Source: an uncultured candidatus Porisulfidus sp.
GTDB taxonomy: Bacteria > Pseudomonadota > Gammaproteobacteria > Poriferisulfidales > Poriferisulfidaceae
Length of the DNA stretch: 64,000 bases
Reading direction: 5' to 3'
NCBI GenBank assembly: GCA_965204575.1
Contig: OZ241993.1
Location: 1,488,586-1,552,585, forward strand
A model generated the notes under the pieces. It was not told the origin of the DNA. It made no database searches and saw nothing but the letters and a program-made list of their open reading frames with translations. Positions 49,768 through 58,436 of the stretch are shown here, piece by piece. Within the stretch, counting starts at the first letter, position 1. Each line of letters begins with the position of its first letter. Made by a program: the position numbers and the translations under genes.

Positions 49768-50961
49768 CTATTCGAACAGGTCCGCCTGGTCGGACGGCAC
49801 GCGAAACCGATCTGTCCGCAGCGAGCGGCGCTGTCCATCCAATCCATGCTGCTTGCAGGCCAGCGCGAAACGTTGGCGAAGCAGTCGCGCGAATTCTCCC
49901 TGCCCGCTCAAGCGGCGCCCGAATTCGGGATCGTAGTCGACCCCGCCATGGAGGCTTCGAACCGTATTCATGATTCTTTCGGCCCGCTCCGGAACGTGTT
50001 GCTCAAGCCATTCCCGGAATAATTGCTTCAGCTCATGCGGTAGACGCAGGACTACGTACCCGGCACAGTACGCGCCCTCTTCCGCCACGGTCCTGACGAT
50101 GTCCTCCAGTTCGCCGTCGTTCAGAAATGGAATCATTGGTGCCGCCAAGACGCCAACCGGGATCCCCGCCTGCGACAACGCCCGTACCAGCGCAATCCGC
50201 GAATGAGGCGCCCCGGCGCGAGGTTCGAGGGCTCGGCTGAGCTTCGCATCCAGCGTCGTGACGGAGACGATCACTTCTGCGAGGCCATCCCGGGCCATGT
50301 CCTGCAGGATGTCCATGTCCCGCTCAAGCAGGGAGGATTTCGTGATGACCGAGACCGGATGGTGGAATTCCTGCAGAACTTCGAGGATGGATCGGGTGAT
50401 TTTGAGTTGGCGCTCGATCGGCTGATAGGCATCCGTGTTGTAGCCGAGACCAATCGTCCCGCATCGATAGCGGGGCGCCCGGAGTTCATGCTCCAGGATT
50501 TCCGCGGCATTCGTCTTGCAGAAGATCTGGGTTTCGAAGTCCAGACCGGGCGACAGCCCCAGGTAAGCGTGATTGGGCCGCGCGAAACAGTACGCGCAGC
50601 CATGCTCGCAACCGCGGTAGGGATTGATCGAGCGATCCAGCGCAATATCGGGCGACTGGTTGTAATTGATTAGGCTTTTTGCGGGTGCGGCGAAATAGTG
50701 CGTTTCAAGGGCCTCTTCTTCGTATTCACGGCCATCGTGCTGGAATTCAATCTCTTCCGGTTCGTAGCGGCCCGGCGGGTTGCTGATAGCCCCCCGGCCT
50801 TTCCGGTAGGTCCACTGGACAGGGTTTTCGGTTGGGTCCACGATGGTCTTGTGGCAAATTCGGAACCGGCTTGTGATGGTATCACCGCTTGGCCGCAATC
50901 CCAACCCGCCATCCAGAATCCCGCAGGTCTGGAGCCTGGACTTCGAGAGTCTTGCCCACAT
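49768..50961 (-). CDS. Radical SAM protein (PA0069/SplB-like putative DNA-repair family)
   Basis: CEHGCAYC CxxxCxxC cluster about 100 aa in. Roughly 400 aa. Confidence 0.7.
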   Translation of the reverse strand: MWARLSKSRLQTCGILDGGLGLRPSGDTITSRFRICHKTIVDPTENPVQWTYRKGRGAISNPPGRYEPEEIEFQHDGREYEEEALETHYFAAPAKSLINYNQSPDIALDRSINPYRGCEHGCAYCFARPNHAYLGLSPGLDFETQIFCKTNAAEILEHELRAPRYRCGTIGLGYNTDAYQPIERQLKITRSILEVLQEFHHPVSVITKSSLLERDMDILQDMARDGLAEVIVSVTTLDAKLSRALEPRAGAPHSRIALVRALSQAGIPVGVLAAPMIPFLNDGELEDIVRTVAEEGAYCAGYVVLRLPHELKQLFREWLEQHVPERAERIMNTVRSLHGGVDYDPEFGRRLSGQGEFARLLRQRFALACKQHGLDGQRRSLRTDRFRVPSDQADLFE

Positions 50962-50966
50962 ATCTG

Positions 50967-51010
50967 CATAAAAGTGTGCTCTAGTTACACTTTTATGTAC
51001 ATAAAAGTGT
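50967..51010. promoter_or_regulatory. Operator-like repeat array: CATAAAAGTGT direct copy followed by a 24-bp perfect palindrome ACACTTTTATGTACATAAAAGTGT
   Basis: Read directly. Three copies of an 11-bp motif (forward, reverse, forward). The last two form the perfect palindrome. The array lies in an AT-rich gap between the divergent radical-SAM gene and the AAA ATPase gene. Confidence 0.5.
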
Positions 51011-51091
51011 AGTAATTTGGAAGTTATATGTCCATATTTTTGCCATTAATTTGAATTTAATATAAAATATCTCATATTTTCAATAAGTTTC

Positions 51092-52408
51092 ATGTTAATC
51101 ATGGAGAGACTTGCATACGTTGATCTCGTAAAGTGGAAAAATCGGGCTCGGCGTAACCCCATATTAGTTGACGGCGCCCGCCAAACCGGCAAGACTTATC
51201 TTGTTGAGCAGTTGTTTGGACCGCGGGAATTCCGTCGTGTGCATAAGTTGGATTTTCGGGATCGGCCGGATCTCAATGAGCTTTTTTCGGAAGGACGGGG
51301 TCCGACCGAAATCATTGCCAACATTGAAGCCGTTACAGGCCAATCCGTTGATCTTGACCAAGACCTTATTTTCTTCGACGAAGTGGGCGATTGCCAAGCC
51401 GCTGTCGATTCGCTGAAGTATTTTTCTGAACAAGCACCACAGAGTTACATTTGCGCCACAGGATCAAACGTTGGCCTGCTCGGCTCGTTTCCCGTCGGAC
51501 GGGTGGACTTTCTTGAATTATTCCCCTTGTGTTTTGAAGAGTTTTTGATGGCGCTTGGGTCAGACATTCTGTTGAATGCATTCCGTGAGCGACGTCGGGG
51601 CGCTACCGTGCACAGGCTCCTCTGGCAATTCCTATGCGAATACTATTTCGTCGGAGGAATGCCGGAAGCCGTTATCGCCTGGTCGGAAAATCAGCGTGGA
51701 ATCCATGAGCAGATTCAAGCGGTGACAGGTGTCCACGCAAGGCTTGTGGAAGGGTTCTGTCACGATTTTGCAAAATATTCGGGCAGCGTAGAAGCTTTGC
51801 AGATCGAGGCCGTTTTCCGCAATGTGCCTCAGCAACTTAAACACAATATCAATGGATCCGTGAAACGTTACCGTTTCAGCGAAGCGATTTCCCGGAAAAA
51901 ACGCTACCGGGACCTGTTTGGGCCAATCAGTTGGCTGGAGAAAACACGTCTTGTCTGGAAATCATATCCCATCAACTCCCAGCCCACGGTCCCACTTGCG
52001 GCTCTGAGCAAGGAAAACAACTTCAAGCTCTATTTGTTTGACGTCGGCCTGTTAAGCCATCTTCTCAACTTGGGATATTCCGACCACAAAAGCCAAAAGT
52101 CCACGTACAAAGGGTTCATAGCAGAAAACTTCTTCCTGACCGAATACCGTGCGCGAATCGGCTACCCAATCTATAGTTGGGCACAGGAACGAGCCGAAAT
52201 TGAATTCCTGCACCGGGATAGCAGCGGCGACATCATCCCTCTGGAGGTGAAGAGCGGCACACGCACCCGGGCGCGAAGCCTCGAATCCTATATCACGCGG
52301 TATCAGCCATCGCACGCCGTCAAGTTTGCCAACGTCCATAGCGCGACCCGTGACGGAGTCCTCTCTACTTGGCCTTTGTATGACGTACAGTTTCTGCGCG
52401 ATCTGTGA
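51092..52408 (+). CDS. AAA+ ATPase with C-terminal DUF4143-type PD-(D/E)xK-like domain (COG1373 family)
   Basis: Walker A GARQTGKTYL, Walker B LIFFDEV, and C-terminal …GDIIPLEVKSG…. Lower GC than flanking genes. Confidence 0.65.
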   Translation: MLIMERLAYVDLVKWKNRARRNPILVDGARQTGKTYLVEQLFGPREFRRVHKLDFRDRPDLNELFSEGRGPTEIIANIEAVTGQSVDLDQDLIFFDEVGDCQAAVDSLKYFSEQAPQSYICATGSNVGLLGSFPVGRVDFLELFPLCFEEFLMALGSDILLNAFRERRRGATVHRLLWQFLCEYYFVGGMPEAVIAWSENQRGIHEQIQAVTGVHARLVEGFCHDFAKYSGSVEALQIEAVFRNVPQQLKHNINGSVKRYRFSEAISRKKRYRDLFGPISWLEKTRLVWKSYPINSQPTVPLAALSKENNFKLYLFDVGLLSHLLNLGYSDHKSQKSTYKGFIAENFFLTEYRARIGYPIYSWAQERAEIEFLHRDSSGDIIPLEVKSGTRTRARSLESYITRYQPSHAVKFANVHSATRDGVLSTWPLYDVQFLRDL

Positions 52409-52461
52409 GAAAACGTGGAATCCTGCCCTATGAAGTCACTTTCCGGGACTTCCGGGTACAG

Positions 52462-52767
52462 TCAGAATCCACTGACATCGGCCGTGATTCCGCTTAGGGG
52501 CTCAATACTGCTGACATCGATACTCACATTCGCGATATCGTGATTCGTCTGCATATTCAGCCAGAACTGTGGCGTTGACCCGAAGAATCGAGCAAGGCGG
52601 AAAGCCGTGTCCGGAGTGACCGAGGTCGTCCCCTTCACCAGACGCTCAATCCGAGTGCGAGGTACGCCAAGACATCTGGCAAGCGCACCTCCGGAAAGCC
52701 CTAATGGTCCAAGAAATTCGGACTTCAGGATTTCCCCTGGATGGCTTGGTCTTTTGAGAATCGTCAT
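52462..52767 (-). CDS. higA: HigA antitoxin (XRE-family HTH)
   Basis: …HPGEILKSEFLGPLGLSGGALARCLGVPRTRIERLVKG…TPQFWLNMQT… is collinear with HigA antitoxins. Confidence 0.8.
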   Translation of the reverse strand: MTILKRPSHPGEILKSEFLGPLGLSGGALARCLGVPRTRIERLVKGTTSVTPDTAFRLARFFGSTPQFWLNMQTNHDIANVSIDVSSIEPLSGITADVSGF

Positions 52768-52787
52768 GTCGGTTCCTTTGGAATCCA

Positions 52788-53069
52788 TCAGTGATAATCA
52801 GTAATTTCGACCTCGGCCGGGCCTTGGTTTGTCCAGACAAAGCAAATCCGCCACTGGTCGTTGATTCGAATCGAATGCTGCCCCCTTCGGCTTCCTTTCA
52901 ATGCTTTCAGTCGGTTCGCCGGTGGCACACGAAGGTCATTCAAGGTTTGGGCGGCAGCCAACATGGTTACTTTCCTCAAGGCAATATCGAAAACCTCGGT
53001 GGGAAAACCTTTCCCTGGGCACCCATCAAGTACGGCGAGAATTAACTTGCCTCTTGTGGATTGAATCAT
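52788..53069 (-). CDS. higB: HigB toxin (RelE/ParE superfamily mRNA interferase)
   Basis: …[23 protein letters not shown]…EVEITDYH is the typical HigB C-terminus. Encoded upstream of higA with a 1-nt overlap. Confidence 0.75.
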   Translation of the reverse strand: MIQSTRGKLILAVLDGCPGKGFPTEVFDIALRKVTMLAAAQTLNDLRVPPANRLKALKGSRRGQHSIRINDQWRICFVWTNQGPAEVEITDYH

Positions 53070-53078
53070 GGGCACATT

Positions 53079-53095
53079 GTATCACGCTATGATAC
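53079..53095. promoter_or_regulatory. Inverted repeat GTATCA-N5-TGATAC 10 nt upstream of the higB start (possible HigA operator)
   Basis: Read directly. Position is consistent with autoregulatory TA operators. Confidence 0.25.
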
Positions 53096-53107
53096 CTATA
53101 TCCACAG

Positions 53108-53578
53108 CTATGCGATCTTCAACACCCACTCGGCTCCACCCAGCACAAACAGAGTCAAAACCCCAGCCAACAAGTCGTCCAGCATGATGCCGACCCCTCC
53201 GCTGAATCGGCGTTCCGCCCAACCCACGGGTCCCGGCTTGACGATGTCGAAAAACCGGAAAAGCACAAACCCCGCGACCGCCCAAGCCAGGCTGCGAGGC
53301 GCCGCCGCCATGGCAACCAGATAGCCGGTCATTTCATCCCATACGACTTCTTTAGGATCGGGATCTCCGAAGGTCTCCACTGCCTGCTCGCACAGCCAGA
53401 CCCCGACCACCAGCATGATCCCCAGCACCAGCACGTAGATAGACCAAGGATGCGCAGACAATCCAAAGTAAAGCACCGTCCCCAAAAGAGTCCCGACGGT
53501 GCCCGGAATCTTCGGGCAATAGCCCACCCCGAAGCCAGTCGCCAAGAAAACGGTCAAGCGTTGCCACGTAATCTGCAT
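53108..53578 (-). CDS. pgpA: Phosphatidylglycerophosphatase A
   Basis: …LATGFGVGYCPKIPGTVGTL… PgpA signature. Confidence 0.85.
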   Translation of the reverse strand: MQITWQRLTVFLATGFGVGYCPKIPGTVGTLLGTVLYFGLSAHPWSIYVLVLGIMLVVGVWLCEQAVETFGDPDPKEVVWDEMTGYLVAMAAAPRSLAWAVAGFVLFRFFDIVKPGPVGWAERRFSGGVGIMLDDLLAGVLTLFVLGGAEWVLKIA

Positions 53579-53584
53579 TTTTTT

Positions 53585-54532
53585 TCAGGTGCTGCTGAAA
53601 TGATCGTAGCCGAGCTGCGAGGGAAGCGGGACCGATATGCCTTCCTGGGTCAGATTCAACTCGTCGCCTGCATCCACCACCCCGATGCTGCTGACCGGCA
53701 CGCCAAGCTGGGCACCTATCTCTTGGACTTTCTCCCATTCGGACTCCGGCACGGTGAATACCAGTTCGTAATCTTCTCCCCCACCCAAGACCGTGAACCA
53801 ATCCCCGGCCTTCGCCTGCTCTGCGGCGACTGGTTCGGACAGCGGGATGTCCGTCAGTTCCACCGATGCGCCCTTTCCACTCACCTTGAGCAACCGCCCC
53901 AGATCTTTCAGGATTCCGTCCGAGACGTCTATCGCCGCATGTGCATGACCACGAATACGGCGGCCGAACTCAACTCTAGGCTGAGGTCGGTGAAGCCGCT
54001 CACGGCAGTCTTCCAATCCGGCCTCTTCCGGGTAAAGCCGAGCCAAGGCGGCATCTCCGACGGTTCCGGTCACTCCGATTCTGTCTCCGACCTCCGCGGC
54101 ATCGCGCCGCAGAGCCGGCGCCTCCCCTTCCAAGGTTCCGATGACCGTGATGCAGGCACCAAGCTCTCCTCGCGACAGATCTCCTCCAGCCAACACAATC
54201 TTATTCTTTCGGGCCAAACCTTTGATGCCTTCGCTGAAGCCGGCAATCCAGTTCTCATCGATGCGTGGCATGGCCAAGCCCAACGTGAAGCACACCGGAG
54301 TAGCACCCATTGCGGCCAAGTCGCTGAGGTTGACCGCCAATGCCTTGTGGCCAAGCCCAACCGGGTCGTCTCCCGGGTCGAAGTGAGCCCCCTGCAGGAA
54401 CAGGTCGGTGCTGATTACGCTGTCTTCGAGCGGCAACGCAAGCAGTGCCGCATCATCTCCGGGGCCTCGGGTCAGAGCCGGCGAATCCGCATCAAAACTG
54501 AAATACCGCTGGATCAGCGTGTCTTCGTCCAT
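53585..54532 (-). CDS. thiL: Thiamine-monophosphate kinase
   Basis: AIR-synthase-like fold with GDDAALL motif. Confidence 0.85.
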   Translation of the reverse strand: MDEDTLIQRYFSFDADSPALTRGPGDDAALLALPLEDSVISTDLFLQGAHFDPGDDPVGLGHKALAVNLSDLAAMGATPVCFTLGLAMPRIDENWIAGFSEGIKGLARKNKIVLAGGDLSRGELGACITVIGTLEGEAPALRRDAAEVGDRIGVTGTVGDAALARLYPEEAGLEDCRERLHRPQPRVEFGRRIRGHAHAAIDVSDGILKDLGRLLKVSGKGASVELTDIPLSEPVAAEQAKAGDWFTVLGGGEDYELVFTVPESEWEKVQEIGAQLGVPVSSIGVVDAGDELNLTQEGISVPLPSQLGYDHFSST

Positions 54533-54587
54533 CCCTAAATCCTGTCTGGCGCAGCGGAGAGCCGATCAAGCCAAGCCAGACCTGAAT

Positions 54588-55046
54588 TCAGGCGGCACAG
54601 GCTTTGCGCAGGTCGACCGCCACCCGGTCCAGTACCGCATTGACGTACTTGCTCCCCTTGTCCGTTCCGAACTTCCCGGCCAGCCGGGTCGCTTCGGACA
54701 GGATTACGGCGGTCGGGATTTCCCGGCAGTGTGCCAATTCGTAGCAGGCGAAACGAAGGACTGTCCGTTCCACCGGATCCAGGCGCTTGATCGGCCGGTC
54801 AAGAATCGGAGTCAACTGCTTGCATAAGTCCGCTTCATGCGCCACGACTCCTCGCACCAACTGCTCGAAATATTGGCTGTTGGCCCGCAGGATGTCCTCC
54901 TTTCGGGAGAACTGGTCGAGCAACCCAGAAACCTCTTCTCCCGACATGTCCCACTGGTAGAGGGCCTGCAGCGCCAAACGGCGGGCCCAATGTCGGCCGC
55001 GATATTCGACCCGGTCAGTTTCCGACGATGAGGGAAGCTCAGTCAT
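54588..55046 (-). CDS. nusB: Transcription antitermination factor NusB
   Basis: ARRLALQALYQW and …NAVLDRVA… motifs. Start is uncertain (Met at 55046, 55055 or 55058) and overlaps the ribH tail. Confidence 0.8.
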   Translation of the reverse strand: MTELPSSSETDRVEYRGRHWARRLALQALYQWDMSGEEVSGLLDQFSRKEDILRANSQYFEQLVRGVVAHEADLCKQLTPILDRPIKRLDPVERTVLRFACYELAHCREIPTAVILSEATRLAGKFGTDKGSKYVNAVLDRVAVDLRKACAA

Positions 55047-55617
55047 CGTCGTCATCATCGTCGTCGATGTCCTCCATGATCTCGGCAAACACTTCAATCA
55101 TTTCCAGTGCCGCCACCGCCGCTTCGGCTCCCTTGTTGCTGACTTTCCGCCCGCCTTCAATCCTGGGCGACGGATCCTGCCAATCGTCGAGCAGAACCGA
55201 GCGCTGATCAGCCTGCTCCCGGGTGTCGGTCGTCAGCACGCCAAACAAAATCGGCACGTCTTCCTGTCGAGCAAGGCGTGCAAGGTTCCGCGCGCATTCA
55301 GAAGCCACGTAGTCGAAGTGAGGCGTCTCCCCCCGGATGACGCAACCCAATGCAATGATGGCGTCATACAACCCCGTATCCGCGCACAGCCGTGCCGTGC
55401 CCGGCAACTCGAACGCGCCAGGGACTCGAATCAGGTCGATGTTCTTGATTTCAGCCCCGCGTGCCACCAGCGTGCCAGTCGCACCTTCGATCAGACGGTT
55501 GACGATCGGCTCATTGAAGCGGGAGGCGACCAGCGCGAAATCCAGCCCCCGGTCGGCCAGCGCCCGTTTCTCGTCCGGATCGCGAATCTGATCGTAATGC
55601 GGCAAAGAGTCCGTCAT
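55039..55617 (-). CDS. ribH: 6,7-dimethyl-8-ribityllumazine synthase with C-terminal poly-Asp tail
   Basis: RFNEPIV…GAFELP…VLTT core. 192 aa, against about 156 in E. coli. Ends …MEDIDDDDDDDD. Confidence 0.85.
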   Translation of the reverse strand: MTDSLPHYDQIRDPDEKRALADRGLDFALVASRFNEPIVNRLIEGATGTLVARGAEIKNIDLIRVPGAFELPGTARLCADTGLYDAIIALGCVIRGETPHFDYVASECARNLARLARQEDVPILFGVLTTDTREQADQRSVLLDDWQDPSPRIEGGRKVSNKGAEAAVAALEMIEVFAEIMEDIDDDDDDDD

Positions 55618-56717
55618 CGCTCGACATGCTCCACGACTTCAAGCCCGAACCCGCCCAGGCCGTGGAACACCTGAGGCGCGCTCATCAAACGCATCCGGCG
55701 AACCCCAAGGTCAGCCAGGATCTGCGAACCAGCCCCCAGCACTCGTCGATCCGTTGGGACGGCCCGGGCGCGAGCCGGCTCGGGACTATTGTGCAACATC
55801 CGGACGCGTTCCAGCAAACGCGGAGGCGATTCGGGCCAGCGCAGGATCACTGCCACTCCTTGGCCCTCGGTGGCAATCCGCTGCAGTGCGTCACGGAGCG
55901 GCCAGCCCAGATCCGGCACTGAAGCCAAGGTCACGTCGCTGAGCGTGTTCTGCACATGCACGCGCACCAGCGTCGCTTTCTGCGGATCCAGCGGCCCGGC
56001 AACCAATGCCAAGTGGACCGTGTCAACCGTCATGTCCTCGTAGGCGATCAATTCGAATTCTCCGTAATCGGTCGGCAAGTGGCAACTGGCGCCGCGCCGC
56101 ACGGTCGGTTCACGTTCGGCCCGGTAGCGGATCAGGTTCTCGATCGTGCCGATCTTGAGGCCGTGTTGCTCGGCCAGTCCTTCCAGCTGCGGGCGTCGCG
56201 CCATCGTGCCGTCCTCATTCAGGATCTCCACGATGACGGCGGCCGGCTCCAGACCGGCCAACCGCGCCAGATCGCATCCGCCTTCCGTATGTCCGGCACG
56301 GGTCAGGACGCCCCCGGGCTGTTGCATCAGGCATTGCAAATGCCCAGGCTGCAGGATGTCGCCCGGTCGGGCGTCTGCCGCGACAGCTGCCCGGATCGTG
56401 GTGGCCCGGTCGTGCGCCGACACCCCCGTGGTAATGCCCTCGTGCGCGTCGATGGTGAACGTGAAATTGGTGCGATGCGCCTCGTCCGTGGTCGGATCCA
56501 TCAGCGGCAGGTTCAGTTGCTGGCAGCGTTCCCGGGTCATCGCCAGACAGAGCAGGCCGCGGCCATGCCGGGTCATGAAATTGATGTGCTCCGGCGTCAC
56601 CAGCGAAGCCGCCACGACCAAGTCTCCTTCATTCTCCCGAGCCTCGTCGTCGGCCAGAACGATCATCCGCCCGGCTCTCAGATCCTGGATCAGTTCCTCG
56701 ATCGTATTGAAATTCAT
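55614..56717 (-). CDS. ribBA: Bifunctional DHBP synthase / GTP cyclohydrolase II
   Basis: DENEGDL (RibB) N-terminal half and a GCH-II C-terminal half. Confidence 0.9.
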   Translation of the reverse strand: MNFNTIEELIQDLRAGRMIVLADDEARENEGDLVVAASLVTPEHINFMTRHGRGLLCLAMTRERCQQLNLPLMDPTTDEAHRTNFTFTIDAHEGITTGVSAHDRATTIRAAVAADARPGDILQPGHLQCLMQQPGGVLTRAGHTEGGCDLARLAGLEPAAVIVEILNEDGTMARRPQLEGLAEQHGLKIGTIENLIRYRAEREPTVRRGASCHLPTDYGEFELIAYEDMTVDTVHLALVAGPLDPQKATLVRVHVQNTLSDVTLASVPDLGWPLRDALQRIATEGQGVAVILRWPESPPRLLERVRMLHNSPEPARARAVPTDRRVLGAGSQILADLGVRRMRLMSAPQVFHGLGGFGLEVVEHVER

Positions 56718-57319
56718 GACCTCGCGCGCTCCTCGAGAAGGCGTTCCAAATATCTTGCCAGCATATCAACTTCCAGGTTGACCTGCATGCCAGCACGGTA
56801 GTCACCCGCCAAGCTGACGGCACAGGTGTGCGGGACCAGCGTGACGCTAAACGTACTCGCCTCAACCCCGGTCACGGTCAGGCTGACGCCATCCACACAG
56901 ACCGAACCGCGCGGAACCAGATAACGGCGAACCTCCGCAGGAGCCTTGACCTCTATCCGGCTGCAATCGCCTTCTGCCTCGACCGCCGCGATCTCGCCCA
57001 CCGCATCGACATGCCCGCTCACGAGATGCCCGCCCATCGGTTCGCCGACGCGCAAGGCCGGCTCCAGATTGACTTCGTGCCCGGCTTCCAGGCTGCCCAG
57101 CGTTGTACGCGCAAGCGTCGTCTCGCTCAAATCCGCTTCAAAGGTCTCCGCTTCCGCCACGCAAGCGGTCAGGCAGACTCCGCTGACGGCAATGCTGTCG
57201 CCTGCCCGAATTCCCTGCAGACGGCCCTGCCCCGGATGCTGGATGCGTACGTGCCGGTCGGCATCCCGAGCCTCCATGGCCACAATCCGGCCTCGCGCCT
57301 CGACGATCCCCGTGAACAC
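56714..57319 (-). CDS. ribE: Riboflavin synthase alpha chain
   Basis: (V)FTGIVEARG canonical start. Probable GTG initiation. Two lumazine-binding repeats. Confidence 0.8.
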   Translation of the reverse strand: MFTGIVEARGRIVAMEARDADRHVRIQHPGQGRLQGIRAGDSIAVSGVCLTACVAEAETFEADLSETTLARTTLGSLEAGHEVNLEPALRVGEPMGGHLVSGHVDAVGEIAAVEAEGDCSRIEVKAPAEVRRYLVPRGSVCVDGVSLTVTGVEASTFSVTLVPHTCAVSLAGDYRAGMQVNLEVDMLARYLERLLEERARS

Positions 57320-57320
57320 T

Positions 57321-58436
57321 TCAGCGGCTCCGGTGATAGGTGATGCGGACATCCGAACCCAGCGCGCGGGCATCCTGCAGCGTCCAGCCCAAGCGTTCCG
57401 GAAGGTCCTCGGCCGGCGGCAGTTCCGCCAAAGGCGCGGCATCCGCACCCAGCAAGCGGGGCGCAATGTAGACCATCATCTCATCGACCAGATCTTCCTG
57501 GATCAGCGCCCCGACGAATTTCGCGCCCGCTTCGACCAGAATGTCGTTGATTTCGTAATCCATGGCCAATCCCGACAGCGCCGCTGCCAGGTCCAGCCCC
57601 TTCCCGCCAGCCTGCACTGTTCGGATTTCCGCTTCGGGCGGGACGACCGCCCGGAGTTTTTCGGCATGCTCGTCCAGGGTGTAGACCACGCAGGGCCCCG
57701 GCACCGACCAAAGGGAAAGATCGCCCGACAGTTCTCCTTTCCGATCCATGATCGCCCGCAATGGCTGACGAACCCGGTCGACACCCAGCACCTGTGCTTT
57801 CAGGCGAACGTTGAGCCGGGCATCATCCCGGCATACGGTCGCAGCCGTCGACAGCACTGCTCCGCTTCGGGCCCGTCGCCACTGCACATCGGCGCGCGCC
57901 TCCAGGCCTGTAATCCACTGGCTGTGCCCGTCGGCCAGCGCCGTCCCGCCATCCAGACTCATCGCCTGCTTGACGCAGACCCAAGGCCGCCCGGTCGTCA
58001 TGCGTTTCCAGAACCCCTGGTTCAGTGCCTGCGCCCGTTCGGCCCCGATGCCTACTTCGCACTCGATGCCCGCTTCCTTCAACATCCCATGGCCACGTCC
58101 GGCCACTTGAGGGTTGGGGTCCTCGCAGGCAGACACGACCCGACCGATGCCGGAGGCGATGATCCCCGACACGCACGGAGCCGTGCGCCCTTGGTGCGCA
58201 CAGGGTTCGAGCGTCACATACATCGTGGCTCCACGCGCCCGGTCCCCGGCCTCCTTCAAGGCTTGTGGTTCGGCGTGAAGTTCCCCGGCGCGGCGATGAA
58301 ACCCCCGCCCGACCACGGCGCCATCGGCCACCACCAGGCATCCGACGCAGGGATTGGGGGACGCGGTATAGCGGCCTCGTTCCGCCAGTTCCAGGGCTTC
58401 TTCCATGAAGCGCGCGTCCGTCTCCTGCACCGTCAT
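57321..58436 (-). CDS. ribD: Bifunctional riboflavin biosynthesis deaminase/reductase RibD
   Basis: HAEPQAL…EPCAHQGRTAPC zinc-deaminase motif and a C-terminal reductase domain. Confidence 0.85.
   Translation of the reverse strand: MTVQETDARFMEEALELAERGRYTASPNPCVGCLVVADGAVVGRGFHRRAGELHAEPQALKEAGDRARGATMYVTLEPCAHQGRTAPCVSGIIASGIGRVVSACEDPNPQVAGRGHGMLKEAGIECEVGIGAERAQALNQGFWKRMTTGRPWVCVKQAMSLDGGTALADGHSQWITGLEARADVQWRRARSGAVLSTAATVCRDDARLNVRLKAQVLGVDRVRQPLRAIMDRKGELSGDLSLWSVPGPCVVYTLDEHAEKLRAVVPPEAEIRTVQAGGKGLDLAAALSGLAMDYEINDILVEAGAKFVGALIQEDLVDEMMVYIAPRLLGADAAPLAELPPAEDLPERLGWTLQDARALGSDVRITYHRSR

Noticed and set aside
50967-51010. Interpretation of the palindrome as LexA, Fur or NrdR box
   Set aside because: Does not fit CTGT-N8-ACAG or the Fur 19-mer. 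It shares only the ACAC…GTGT ends with NrdR boxes, and the flanking genes are not nrd genes. Left as unassigned operator.
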